Origin: Hemiscyllium ocellatum
Lineage: Eukaryota
Length of the DNA: 64,000 bases
Reading direction: 5' to 3'
Assembly (NCBI RefSeq): GCF_020745735.1
Contig: NC_083433.1
Location: 1,437,363-1,501,362, forward strand
Shown: positions 27,284 to 40,260 of the stretch, in pieces
How positions within the stretch are numbered: the stretch's first letter is position 1
Layout of the letters: each line of letters starts with the position of its first letter
The notes under the pieces: model-generated
The model's input: only the letters and a program-made list of their open reading frames with translations
The model's database searches: none
Told to the model about the DNA's origin: nothing
Translations under genes and position numbers: made by a program

Positions 27284-27769
27284 TAACGGAGCTACCTAAT
27301 TACAGAAGTGTCAGTAATATTCCAGCATGAAGAGAAAACCCTCATGCTCGTCAGTATTGTCCAGAATTAATCAGTCTAATGAATACCTCGTGGCTAGAAT
27401 CGACGGTGTTGAAGATCCGAGCAACACTTGGTTCACAAAACTGTAGTCAATTACCCTCATAATTAAAAACAACCGGGTTTTGACCCAAGATGAAAGAGTT
27501 GAACTATATACAAACCTGCTGGCAACATGACCATTTAGTCAATTTCGCCTTCACAAGTTTCAATTATTTGGCATGTTAAAAAATACAATTCCATTTAATA
27601 TTTAAGTGCTCTTAATATTTTAATTACATACTTAATTCTTTGCTTTAATGTATTGGAAGAGACATGGATATAGCGCATGCTTTGGACTGTTTTGTGTTAA
27701 AAAGTGACATTGACATCTCAAAAGAAAAAAAAACTGACTGATATTAATAGTTATGGCTCTGTAATGGGA

Positions 27770-28795
27770 ATAAATTAGTGCTCTCCTGGTTGGTGATCAA
27801 TGACTAGTGGTGGGACTGCAATTATTCACAATTTATATAGATGGGTCTGAGTGGGTTACGCCTCGGCGGGTCGGTGTGGACTTGTTGGGCCGAAGGGCCT
27901 GTTTCCACACTGTAAGTAATCTAATCTAATCTAATCAAATAGATTTAGAGTTGGGGATGACACTACGATGAGTGACAGAGTAAAGCCTGCAGAGGACTGT
28001 GAAACTTTTCAGACAATGTAGACATTTAAATTAATGGGCTAAGGTCTGGTAAATGAAGTTCAATGCTAATAAATGCAAAATCATCCATTTTGTTAGGAAT
28101 AATAGTAAAAAGGACTATTATTTAAATGGTAAAAAAATTGCAGCATGTTGATGTGCAGGGGGACCTGGGTGTCCTTGTGCATGAATCACAGGTCGGTCTG
28201 CAGATTCAACACATAACTAAGAAGGCAAATGGAATTTTGTACATCATTGCTAAAGGGATTCAGTTTAAAATCAGGGAGGGTATGTTGCAGCTGTCTGGGA
28301 TGCGGGTGAGGCCACACTTGGATTACTGTATGGGGGTGGGGGCATGGCTTTGTTTATGAGGAGAGACTGAGTAGACTAGGATTATATTCATTGGAATTTA
28401 GAAGAATGAGGGGATATTATAGAAACACATAAAATTATGAAGGGAATAGATAAGATAGATGTAGAGAGGATGTTTCCACTGGCGGATGTAACTAGAACAA
28501 GAGGGCATAATCTTAAAATTAGGGGAAGCAGATTTAGAACTGAATTGAGAAGGAACTTCTTCACCCAGAGGGTTGTGAATCTGTGGAATTCCATGTTCAG
28601 TGAAGTAGTTGAGGCTTCCTTATTGAATGTTTTTACAGTTCAGAAAATTTTTCGAACATTAAAGGAATTAAGTGTTATGGTGAGGGTGGATAAGTGCAGC
28701 TGAGTCCACAAAAAGATCAGCTGTGATCTTACTGAATGGGAGAATGGGCTCTAAGGGTCAGATGGCCTAGTCCTGCTCCATGTTCTTATGTTATT
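27770..28795 (+). mobile_element. CR1-type LINE 3' part with an inserted SINE tail (27842-27937)
   Basis: QGDLGVLVHES, RPHLDYC, TRTRGHNLKIRGSRFRTELRRNFFTQRVVNLWNS. Confidence 0.9.
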
Positions 28796-29075
28796 ACAGA
28801 CTCAGCAGCAGAACAAATGGTTAAGAGATGAATGCTACACTTCTGATATGTTATAACAGACAGATTCAATTGAGAGGCATATGGACTATAATGCTGTCAC
28901 TGGATTTCAGGAAATAGAAGGCCAGTGAAATTATTGCACCCTTGAATTGTGAAAGAAACTGAATTAAATCCAGTCGGACAGCCACACACACTGCTCTACC
29001 AAACAAGGATGGTAGAAGCAAACAGGTGAGTTCTGCTTTTGATGGGATGATCTATCATTAGGGTTGTGATAACAC

Positions 29076-29299
29076 TGCTGAAAATGTGTTGCTGGAAAAG
29101 CGCAGCAGGTCAGGCAGCATCCAAGGAGCAGGAGAGTCGACGTTTCGGGCATAAGCTTCAGGCCTTCATCGGCCTGATGAAGGACTTATGCCCGAAACGT
29201 CGAATCTCCTGTTCCTTGGATGCTGCCTGACCTGCTGTGCTTTTCCAGCAACACATTTTCAGCTCTGATCTCCAGCATCTGCAGACCTCACTTTCTCCT
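29076..29299. mobile_element. Family A hammerhead hairpin element
   Basis: Inverted arms; TSD (t)tgtgataacac (29064-29075 / 29299-29310); ctgatgaaggacttatgcccgaaacgtcgaat at ~29174-29205 with a rearranged centre. Confidence 0.9.
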
Positions 29300-30870
29300 T
29301 GTGATAACACAACCCAAGATCTGACAGTCTGTTGTGAAAGGAATGGTCCAACCTCATGTCCTGCCAACAGCAGGTACAACATATAGAAATAAAGATTCAC
29401 ATTTAAATCTTTAATTAAAAATCAAGAAATGATAAAGGACTGAGCGCCCACACTACTGGGCATAGAGGCAGCTGTGAACACTTAACCAGGAGAACATCTT
29501 ATTGTAGTGGAGCTAAGTATCACACAGACAATGGGTCCATAGATTCAGCCACTTAAATCAAAACTTGGTCAGAGCTGTTTGGCCATGTGAAATCATTACA
29601 ATCAGACCAGGGTCACCATACACCCAATTGATGGTGAGCTTTAAGTGGGCCTTTAACAACTTCAAGACGGTGGCCCAAACACAAAAAGGCAGAGTTCCAA
29701 AGTCGATCTCCATTTTCTATATCTTCCTGCTGTGCACACAGGTGTTATTCTTAGTTCAACTATTTTGACAGATATTCACCAATTGCAAATCAAAGTTTCA
29801 TTCCATCACATTTCCAGTTGGACCAGGTCAAATAAGGTGGCTTTATAATTAACAAAAATCAGTGAAATCAGCAGTGACATTGGATTATCTAGCGAATTAC
29901 CCACATCAGTCTGATCAGCAGGCCCTGGCATACTGCTGCACGAACCTTAGACAACAATTTACATAAGACTTCCCAAAAATTACACTTATGAACAACAGAC
30001 TCATGTATTTGGATGAATGTTACTCTCCACGACTTTAGAAAAACATTCACAATGTAAAGTACTTAAAAGTTCCTAAGTACATTACAAACATCGAGATTTG
30101 GTTGAAACATCTTAATTAAGAGCATAAGTATATAGATTCGCACTGAGATACAATTCCAGAGGTGCTAACTCTCATTGAGATACAGTTCCTGGAGGTGCCG
30201 TCTCTCACTGAGATACAGTTCCTGAAGGTACTGTCACTGGCAAACATAAACTTATCTTTACCCACATGATATTCAATAATTAAACACCTCTTGCTTTTTG
30301 TTTCTCTCTGTTGTCTTTCATCCCTGCAATGTCTCTCCCAAGTGTTCATTTGTGCATGAACATTCTTCACCCTCCATCCTTGTGCTTCTCCATGGAAGCA
30401 ATCCTGACATCTCTGTGAACTTGAGATGACCTCAGCTGGGACGTAACAGTCCAGATTAAATACAAGCCAGGAAAATTGGGCCCATATGTGATGGCCTTCA
30501 CAGTGAAATAGAATACTGAAACCCATCATAGGTTCAGATATAAAGAAAATTTACAATAGCTTGTGCGACTACACTAAGTGGTTTTGATGCAAGACGTAAG
30601 CTGAGTGTATGGTAGGGTTCACAAACATTGAGTGTCTGAGAATTGCTCTTTTAGTGATGGAGATACCTAGATATCATGACCCAGCATTTAACCACCAATC
30701 AGGAAAGCTCAGACCCTGCTTCAACTCACAAGGAGGGACAAGTATTTCCCCAGCATTGAATAGATGAACTGGGAGGGAATACAATGCTCTCATTATTGCA
30801 TGGAACTACAGGTTAACATAAATAATGTTGTTAAACTTTCCCCAACACCCGTCCGTGAAGGCAGCCAGAT

Positions 30871-31093
30871 TGTTGAAAAGCGTGGTGCTGGAAAAGCACA
30901 GCCGGGCAGGCAGCATTTGAGGAGCAGGAGAGTCGAAGTTTCGAGCATAAGCTTTTCATCAGGATCCTGAGTCCTGGTGAAGAGCTTATGCTTGAAAGGT
31001 TGACTCTCCTGATCCTCTGATGCTGCCTGACTTGCTGCACTTTTCCAGTGTCACACTTTTCGACTCCAGCATCTGCAGTCCTCACTTTCTCCT
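30871..31093. mobile_element. Older family A-related hammerhead hairpin element
   Basis: Inverted arms with gagc-ttat-gctc stem II; imperfect TSD ggcagc(c/t)agat; ends ctcactttctcct. Confidence 0.85.
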
Positions 31094-31184
31094 GGCAGCT
31101 AGATGCTGACCAACATCACCCTCCATCCTGCAATTTCTCTCAGCTGCATGGCAGCTTTGTCATTCGAAATATTCTGAAAAGATT

Positions 31185-31348
31185 ACATTAGATTAAATTA
31201 CTTACAGTGTGGAAACAGGCCCTTCGGCCCAACAAGTCCACACTGACCTGCCAAAGCGCAACCCACCCAGACCCATTTCCCTACATTTACCCCTTCACCT
31301 TACACTTCGGGAAATTTAGCATGGCCAATTCACCTAACCTGCACATTT
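31185..31348 (-). mobile_element. HE1-like SINE 3' half
   Basis: ttacagtgtggaaacaggcccttcggcccaacaagtccacac...aatttagcatggccaattcacc. Confidence 0.85.
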
Positions 31349-31423
31349 TTTTTCGATAAGGCGGCCAGACAGGAAGAAAATTTGGAGGCGACATTGGTCT
31401 CAAAGCAGCCATACATTCACTAC

Positions 31424-31437
31424 CCAGCAGGGGGCAG
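31424..31437 (+). promoter_or_regulatory. CTCF consensus site
   Basis: CCAGCAGGGGGCAG matches the CTCF core CCASYAGRKGGCR; lies in unique DNA between RPS11 and ZBTB45. Confidence 0.5.
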
Positions 31438-32218
31438 TGGATGGAAATCAGGAGCAGGTTCCCAAATTGGTTTAATCCGGACAGAGATGAACACAAAAGC
31501 ACAGCTTGCAAGTGGGACATGTCATCTGTGTGGGTCAATGTGCCATCTGTTGCAGAACTCAACAATCAAGGCAGTTATGGAGCTGGTTTTAATATGGGTT
31601 TGAGCTCTATAGCACAATTGCAGTGTAGCAACTGTGAGAGAATATCAGTCACATTAGGAGGAACAGATTCCAATAATAAAATTGACAAGTAGATGGGGAG
31701 AGGTCAACAGAAGGACAAGAATCTGTTAAGGTAATCTCTTTAGTTTGGCAATTGAAGGATTTGACTGGAGAATGCCTACTGTAGCACATCGTTTAGCAAT
31801 GACTGGTTCTCAGCTGATATGCCTGGGATATTACATATGATCACCATCACAACCTTTTGATAACTGATAAGAAATGGTCATAATTTCTCATTTCACAGTA
31901 CCAACCAATACACACAAGATGTTACTACACTGGTAAAATTAAGCCAAATGGGTCAAATTCACCTCATCTTCCTGCTTAAATTTATTGTTAACCAGTATAT
32001 AGAAATGCAAATTCTTGGCAAACATTTAATTAGCGATGATCAACAGTGGTACCACAGTGAGGAGCATAGCGATCTAGACCCAGCACTGTGGAGCACCCAC
32101 GTGGTTTTAAATCAAAGCCAGAACAGTACTGTAAAGCTCAGCAGATTTGTACCTCTGGATAAATATTGAGAAAACTGATTCAGGTTCTGTTTTATCAATG
32201 CTGCAGATCAGGATCAAA

Positions 32219-32356
32219 GTTGAAAAGTGTGGTGCTGGAAACTCACAGCAGTTCAGGCAGGAGAATCGACGTTCCAGGCAGAAGCCCTTCATCAGCTTTT
32301 CCAGCGCCACACTTTTTGACTCTGATCTCCAGCATCTGCAGTCCTCACTTTCTCCT
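32219..32356. mobile_element. Internally deleted family A hairpin element
   Basis: TSD gatcaggatcaaa (32206-32218 / 32357-32369); ends ctcactttctcct. Confidence 0.85.
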
Positions 32357-32687
32357 GATCAGGATCAAACACAGGTTTGAGGCACATTAGTCAGGAGGGA
32401 ATCAGGAAAATGATTTAAAAAGCCAGCTCCCTGATGGACCCTCTGTTCTTGAGGGACTGGAATCACTTCTTGCTTTGTTGCGATTTATCTTGTGTATTGA
32501 AATACAGCTCTGTAATCCAGGCTGGCTGGACAGTTGAACATCCTGCAGAACCAAGAAATACAACTTCCATATACAGACCTAGACAAAACAATTACAGACA
32601 TTGCGTTTTTTTTTGCAGAGTATTAAATGGGGGGGGGGGGGGGGGTTTATATCACTACCAAGGTGTCTAACTTCCTTCTTCTTTCTT

Positions 32688-32975
32688 GCTCCATGGCATC
32701 AATGTGGATTTCACCAGTTTCCTCATTTCCCCTCACCCCACTTTCTCCTAGTTCCAACCTTCCAGCTCAGCACCGCCCTAATGACCTGTCCATCATCTTT
32801 CCCACCTATCCAGTCCACCCTCACCTCTATCCATCTATCGCACTTTCAGCAACTTTCTCCAACCCAGAGGCTCGCAGCCTCATTCCTGATGAAGGGCTTT
32901 TGCCCAAAACGTCAATTTTCCTGTTCCCCGGATGCTGCCTGATCTGCTGTGTTTTTCCAGCACCACACTCAAGAC
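32688..32975 (+). mobile_element. Penelope-like element 3' end (ORF end, UTR, hammerhead-containing terminal repeat)
   Basis: ccatggcatcaatgtggatttcaccagtttcctcatttcc... followed by attcctgatgaagggcttttgcccaaaacgtc; matches 51110-51456. Confidence 0.85.
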
Positions 32976-34649
32976 TTCCAGAACATCAGGCATTGACTAT
33001 GCGTTTCTCAGTGCCTCCATCTACTGACTTAAACAATAAATGTTAGAGGAAAGGGAAAGAGACATCGGCAATCTGGAGTCTGGCCTCATTAAATGTCGCC
33101 ACATTTACAACTCCAATCGAAGTAATTGATTAATGATCAGAAGCAGGAACACAAGCTGACTTGCCTTTCGCTAACACACCAAAAATCAGTGTGGCCATCC
33201 ACAGGGTTACTGCTCAGCTCTGACTACATTGTCAGACAACAAGGCCAGTGATAAGCTGGACTCCCTGGCCTCCTTAGAAAATGTAGCGTCAGCTAGGAAA
33301 ACAGGCTAGGAACACACGAAAATAAGCTGCCTATTACCAAAGATTACTGATTGGATCTTCCCAGTACTTGATTGAGAGCAAGTACTCTTCCTCCTTTCCG
33401 GAGGCAGAACCTTGAAACATCCACCAGGGAGGGACAAAGGAGCAGAGGGAGTCCATCCCTGATCTGCAAATGAAGCATGCTTTATTAACACAAGATAATA
33501 TCTGGGACATTGGGGAATCTGCTGAATGTGATTACTGTGAAACTGCTGGTGTGAGAGATGTGTGTACAGAGGGAGTTGGGGGGGGTGGTGAGAAGGAGGG
33601 GGGGGGGGGGGGGGGGGGGGTCACAGGTCTGTGCTTTCTCAGACCTGAAAGTTTTCTAAACACTGCACCAGAAACTGATTCAACTTTAACCAAATCGGGA
33701 AGAGGGTGAAAATGGTAAGTGGGAGTGAGCAGAAATCTGTTTGGAATATGCTCTCAATAGTAATTCCCCAAACACGTCAGAGCACCACACTCTAGCTTAT
33801 TAATTAACAAAGAAGTAAAGATTTCATGCAACGTTTAAAATATTAAGGCATGGCTGGTTTTGCTGGCTGTTCCAATTATTATTTAATTCATTAAATAATG
33901 TAACTTGAGCTTGATTTAGTGTGAAGAGCTGTCATAACAAGATATAAAACTAGAGCAACTCATCAGGACTGCTGTTTGCAAACTCATAAATGCTGAGATT
34001 CTTCTGCTGTTAGTTTTACTTCACTGATCAATGAGCTTTTGTCAAATTCCTAAGTATAATTTAACAATTTCATTCAACCATTTTTTTTTTGGAAATGGAT
34101 TTGTAGGATGTTTCCCACCCATGTGTTGCTCCTTCCCTCCTCATCCTTCAGTCCCCTGCCCTGACATAAGCCTGGGCTGAAAACATCTGTGCAACATTTC
34201 ACCATGACAGTCAAACCTGCGTGTCCAAACTTAACACATAGGAACCCTGGCTAGTTCTGCTCCCATGGGTATCTTGACCAGATGAGTTACCTCAACACAG
34301 ACTGGAAATTAAACTGGCTCCTTCTGCTGTCTGATGACCTAATGGTGCATTCATTGAACAATGTGTCTAATTTGGTTGGGGAGGGGGTGGTTATTTTGTG
34401 TGTGTGTGTGTGTGTGTGTGTGGTGGCGGTGGGTGGGTGTGTGTGTGTGGTGGCGGTGGGTGGGTGGGTTGTGGCTTCTATTGCATTCACCACTGCCACA
34501 TCCTGTGTTTACACGGTTGCTATATAACTAGTTTATAACTCTGGCTAAAACCTCCTGTGTGCATGGTATGGGTCTGCTCACAATGCATATTAACCCAGGT
34601 AAAGCCAGCATGTGTGGGATTTACTTGGTTCAGCCTTGCACACGTGTGT

Positions 34650-37600
34650 TTATATAATATGGGTGGCCATGTGCCTTTCCAGCAAAGTCTTGTGAGAGAA
34701 ACGCTTGTTACAGACGTGACATTCGAAGGCCTTCTCGCCACGATGCAGCCGCATGTGCACATTCAACGAGCTCTTTTGTGTGAAACGTTTATTGCACACC
34801 GGGCACTGGTACGCTCGCACTCCTGTATGTGTGACCATATGCTTTATCAAGTAGTCCCTAAGCGAGAATGACCTCCAACACACGCTGCATTGATGGGGTT
34901 TCTCACCTGCAGAGGAGGTGGGGAGAAAAGAGATCAGTAAATCAGAGAGGAATGACACTGCAATGGCAGAAAATGAGCATCATTAAAAACCATTCAGTAG
35001 GTAATGAACTGAAGGCCTAAGGTGTGAGAAGGAGCCAGACTGTGCATGTGCACACATTCAGTTTTCAAGCCAACCTGACCTGGGTAGCTGATCTGACAGC
35101 ATTAGGTATGGAGGCTGGTGTTGCTAGGTCATCACCATCAGAATCACAAGGCTAAGGGAAATCAATCAAATTATTGTTCCTGACGACTGCCTTGACACCT
35201 TGCTGGATATTAGGAGTCTGGTCATTTAAAAAGCACCTGAACAGTCTCCAATATAACAATATGACTCAACAACTACAAAAGAGGAGAGAGCGCACCAAAT
35301 AATTCGTAACACTGAAGCAGGACTTGAAGTACTCAAAGGCGGCCTCCAGTTTGATACTTCTCAAAATGGCCAATGCTCCAGCACTGCACAGCCAGCTTCC
35401 TGCCCCCTTCGTTCTTTGTTTTCCATTACCACTAGCATCTGTGCTTCCTGAAACTCAGTCTAGCCACTTCCAATTGCTACTAACATCCTAGCCCCAACAC
35501 TCCTGCCTGGTTTTCCATTGGCTGATCCAATGTGGATAGCTGCACGATAGCATGACAGTAACATTTTCAGTAATATACAGGTGCCCTTGTAATACATATA
35601 CAGAACTTAAAACAAGTCTTGATGATGGTGTACTCAGAAGGCTCAGGTGTTATGCATTTCCAGTCAGTGAAGGGATCGGGTTTTGAATGTGATGACTACT
35701 TTTCAACCAAAGATATTACATAAAGCTATGGCCACAAGAAGCAAAAGGCTTAATAATCATGATCAGCCTCAGATTATTCTGTGCTCAGTGAGTTCATTAT
35801 GTTGAATCAGGACACCAGTGAGAGTCAGCCCCTTCAGGAACCGGATCCCAGTGAGAGTCAGCCCCTTCAGGAACCGGATCCCAGTGAGAGTCAGCCCCTT
35901 CAGGAACCGGATCCCAGTGAGAGTCAGCCCCTTCAGGAACCGGATCCCAGTGAGAGTCAGCCCCTTCAGGAACCGGATCCCAGTGAGAGTCAGCCTCTCC
36001 ATCAGTCATCTTAGAAATAGCATATGGGTTAAAATTGGGATAGAAAGAATAGTTTTAACTAAAATGATCAATGATGATGAACCCACCTGTGTGGACAAAC
36101 ATGTGCTTGGCGTAATTCTGTCTGGAACTGAATGTCTTCCCACACTGTGCACATCCATAGGGCTTCTTTTCAGTTTCACTGGAACTGTGACTGGCCTGAG
36201 GGGTAGCTGAAACTGTCTGGCCTCCATCTAGGAACACAGGGGGATTTTGGCAAGATGGCTGAGCTGAAATGCTGGGCAGACATGTCTGTGAGGTGGATGG
36301 CAAAGCTGGAAGATGAGGTGACGGAGGAAGGTTCATCTGGAAAAGGTTCCGGTGACTGGCAGTGCTGGCCGCATTGCTATCTCCCTGAACATCATATTGC
36401 ACAGAGCAGCCCTGGTTTCGTGGATTGTTCTGCACAGTCGACGCTGGAAGAAAGTCTTGCATGAACGTTGAAGGCCGTTGGTATGATGTATCAAGTTGGG
36501 ACTTGCAGTCTGCTTTTCGGTTTTGTGGTAAGGAGGGTTCCTTCTCCTCTTTCTCTCCATGCCAAAATGACTTCAGTTCTTCAGGTAAGAGATCACTAGC
36601 ATTGAAAAATTCCAACTCATCCCCTTTGCTGCTCAAACTCAAATGACTGGCAGAATCTCTTTGATCCCCCATTGTGCTTTGGTTGGGATCAAAAGCATTT
36701 GTCTCGGAGATATCCTCAGTTTGCTCGCCTTGGTTGATGTGCTCAGCACCTTGATCGGAGACAGTCGCATTGGAAATGCTCTCCCCACAGTAAAGGAGAT
36801 CATCATCTTCTTCCTTGATGGTTACTTGACTTCCATCTGCCATCTGGAGCCGGATTGGCTGGCGCTGCTTGCGACTATGGCTACCTTGTGGTAATAATGG
36901 CATCTCTGGACGCTGATTGGCTGCAGTGTTGTACCATAGAGCACGTACCTCACTGTTACGACCTGTGTCCATCAGAGACAGGTTCTCCTGGTCAGCTATA
37001 ACCTGATCTCCGACTCCTTTTTGTCGTGCAGGTGGTACTTGTCTGCTCAGATTAGGGCTGGTTTCTTCAGCTTTGTACCCTGCATCACTTGTTGCCATGT
37101 TCTTTGTACCTCCACGTACAAAGTCAAAGTCTTTCTCTGTTCCATGAGGTGACAATGCTGTTTCAATTAAGCCCATTGAAAACTTGTGGATCTGGTCAGT
37201 GACTGACTGGCAAATAATGGCTTCCTTTTCATCAGAAAGGTCCATCTTTTGGCTGACCAATGGCTGGAGTCCCTGAGACTTTTGTGGGGCATTTTGTGAA
37301 ATAATACGTGTACATTCATCAATAATGGTTTTAATCTGAAGGACACTTGCTGCTGTGAGGATTTGCAGAGCCTCCACATGAGAGACCATCAGCGAGCCAC
37401 TGTACATGAAATCCACCAGCCGCCGTAGAGTCTGGGCCGAGACGAGGGGTGGAACCTCAATCTCACTGTAACCCAGCAAGAGTTTATCATGGAAAAAAGG
37501 GCTAGCTGCAGCCAGGACACAGCGGTGTGCTCGAAGAGCTGTGTTGTGGATCCTCACTGTCACATCACAGAAATGGCCACCCAGCCGCTGGGAGTTGAGA

Positions 37601-37659
37601 GTCTCCAGCAATGACTTGCTAAAGTTTTGGAGGTTGATGCTGTGAAGCTGCTCAGACAT
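34650..37659 (-). CDS. ZBTB45: Zinc finger and BTB domain-containing protein 45, 609 aa (BTB + 4 C2H2 fingers)
   Basis: Coding exons 37659-36087 and 34906-34650 (1830 nt, phase-1 GT-AG intron). BTB: [28 protein letters not shown]...[13 protein letters not shown]. Fingers: [35 protein letters not shown]...[12 protein letters not shown]. Acceptor at 37693-37694 implies an upstream non-coding exon. Confidence 0.93.
35816..35996. repeat. Perfect 33-bp VNTR (cagtgagagtcagccccttcaggaaccggatcc), ~5.5 copies
   Basis: Identical units in the ZBTB45 intron about 90 bp from the donor site. Confidence 0.95.
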
Positions 37660-38314
37660 CCTGCTCAGTTGCACTGCACTGCCCGAGAATGCCTGTAAAC
37701 CAAGGGAAAGCGTGAGGATGGGGCAAACGGAGGCCAAGGGGATGTGAGAATGAGCTGGGGGCTGCAGAAGGGGAGAGGCTGCAAGTGGTCTCACACTGCA
37801 TATCGGGTTGGAGCTATTCCCTTCCCCCACTCACAAAAGGATTTTCTGCACTTGCTGGGGTAAGGGTGGTCTATTCCCTCCCCAAACTGAAAGTTTCTTG
37901 CTGGTTGTGTTTGTACCCCTCACCTTGGGAATGTTTTTGGGAGTGTATGTACTCCACACACATTTCAAACAGAGCAATTGGTTGGGAGGGCGATTTCAAT
38001 TCCACCTCATACTGGAAATTGAGTGGGGGAGGTTTATTGGGATGGGGGCAGTTTGCACTCCCTCACACTGCAGTGGGATGAGGGATGTCATTTCTACCCC
38101 CTACACGACAATAGAATGGGAGTGGGTTGCTTTTCATCTCCCCCCACCCCCTCACTGCAATGGGATGGGGAGGGTATATCTCCCCATTGCATTAGGATTG
38201 GGGGGGGGGGGGGTCCTTCCCCTTCCCCACTGCAGAGGGATGACAGGGACCATACCCTTTGACTTCGCACTGCAATGGGAAGAGGCGCTCATTCCCCCTC
38301 CAAGTACAACCGGA

Positions 38315-39745
38315 TGGTGGGGGAGTGGGGAGAAGGGGGGTGTGGGGAGAAGGGGGGTAAGGGGGGTAAGGGGGGTAAGGGGGGTAAGGGGGTAAGGGGG
38401 GTAGGGGGGTGGGGAGAAGGGGAGAAGGGGGTGGGGGGGTGGGGGGGTGGGGGAGAAGGGGAGAAGGGGAGAAGGGGGTGGGGAGAAGGGGGTGGGGGGG
38501 TGGGGAGAAGGGGGATGGGGGGTGGGGAGAAGGGGGAGAAGGGGGGTGGGGAGAAGGGGGAGAAGGGGGGTGGGGAGAAGGGGGAGAAGGGGGGTGGGGA
38601 GAAGGGGGGTGGGGAGAAGGGGGGTGGGGAGAAGGGGGGTGGGGAGAAGGGGGTGGGGAGAAGGGGGGTGGGGAGAAGGGGGGTGGGGAGAAGGGGGGTG
38701 GGGGGTGGGGGGGGTGGGGGGTGGGGGGGGTGGGGGGGGGGGGGGTGGGGGGGTGTGGGGGGTGGGGGGTGGGGGGGGTGGGGGGGGGGGGAGGGGGGTG
38801 GGGAGAAGGGGGGTAGTGGGGGAAGGGGAGAAGAGGGCAGTGGGGGGTGGGGAGAAGGGGGGGGGTGGGGAGAAGGGGGGGGTGGGGAGAAGGGGGGTGG
38901 TGGGGAGAAGGGGGGTAGTGGGGGGTGGTGGGGAGAAGGGGGTGGTGGGGAGAAGGGGGTGGTGGGGGGTGGGGAGAAGGGGGTGGTGGGGGTGGGGAGA
39001 AGGGGGGTGGGGAGAAGGGGGTAGTGGGGGAAGGGGGTAGTGGGGGGGGGTGGGGGAAGGGGGTAGTGGGGGGTGGGGAGAAGGGGGTGGTGGGGGGTGG
39101 GGAGAAGGGGGTAGTGGGGGAAGGGGGTAGTGGGGGGTGGGGAGAAGGGGGGTGGGGAGAAGGGGGGTAGTGGGGGGTGGGGAGAAGGGGGGTGGGGAGA
39201 AGGGGGGTAGTGGGGGGTGGGGAGAAGGGGGTAGTGGGGGGTGGGGAGAAGGGGGGTAGTGGGGAGAAGGGGGGTGGGGAGAACAGGGTGGTGGGGGTGG
39301 GGAGAACGGGGTGGTGGGGGTGGGAGTGGGGGGGGAGTGCGGGGGAGTGGGGGTGTCTGGGGGGGGGGAGTAGGAGGAGTGGGGAGTGTGGAGTGGGGAA
39401 TGGGGGGGGAGAGTGGGGTGGGGGGAGTGGGGTGGGGGGGGAGTGGGGTGGGGGGGGAGGGGGGTGGGGGTGGGGGGGAGTGGGGGGGGGCGGGGGGGAG
39501 GGGAGTGGGGGGGAGTGGGGGGGGAGGGGGGGGGCGGGGGGGAGGGGAGTGGGGGGGGGGGGGGATGGGGGAGTGGGGGCGGGGGGGGGAGGGGGGGGTG
39601 GGGGCGGGGGGGGGAGGGGAGTGGGGGCGGGGGGGGGAGGGGAGTGGGGGGCGGGGAGTGGGGGGAGTGGGGGGCGGGGAGTGGGGGGCGGGGGGGGAGG
39701 GGAGTGGGGGGGGGGGGGGGGGAGGGGAGTGGGGGGCGGGGGCGG
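38315..39745. repeat. Extreme G-rich low-complexity tract (ggggtggggagaagg units)
   Basis: About 1.4 kb, overwhelmingly G on the + strand, upstream of the ZBTB45 coding exon (probable intron 1). Confidence 0.95.
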
Positions 39746-40260
39746 AAGCTGCCACTATCCAATCAGCAGCAGCCGAGACAAGGCCATTGATCCCTGATCC
39801 GCTCCGCTGCCCTCACTGTACCGGGTTAGGGGGAAAGGGTGGGGAATAATCCTCGGGGATGAGGCTGTGATGACAGCCCGCTCTGCGCTGCGCTGGGCCG
39901 CTCCTGCCGAGCCCCGAGCTCCCTCAGGCGACACTAACCTCCGGTCAGTCTCCAGCCGGGCCCTGCGTCACGACGCGACGACAACGTCATCACGCAGGGT
40001 GGGTGTCGGCACGCACGGAGGCTGCGCAGGCGCAACCCTTGAGCAACATTCCGCTCGGGAACATGTAACGCCGTCTGTATTGGACTCATCGCGAACCTGC
40101 CGGAACTCTCCAGACCATTCCGGAACCTCAGCCTTCCACCGTCGGGAAGGACAAGAACGCTGCCTGCCGCCAAGCTCCGCCCTGCGTCCGTGCGCGGTGA
40201 CGTCAGCGCGAGGCTCTTGCTGCGGCCATTTTAGTGAGGTCAGCGAGGACAGAGTGAGGG
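39745..40260. promoter_or_regulatory. CpG-island bidirectional promoter shared by ZBTB45 (-) and THAP7 (+)
   Basis: High CpG density; NRF1 TGCGCAGGCGCA 40023-40034; CCGGAA ETS cores ~40100 and ~40120; perfect CRE TGACGTCA 40198-40205; YY1-like GCCATTTT ~40225; candidate donors facing outward (~39938 minus, ~40234 plus). Confidence 0.75.

Noticed and set aside
38152-39849. Very long Pro-rich and Gly-rich ORFs (up to 536 aa)
   Set aside because: Translation of a G/C homopolymer-rich tract that lacks stop codons; no domain or exon signals.
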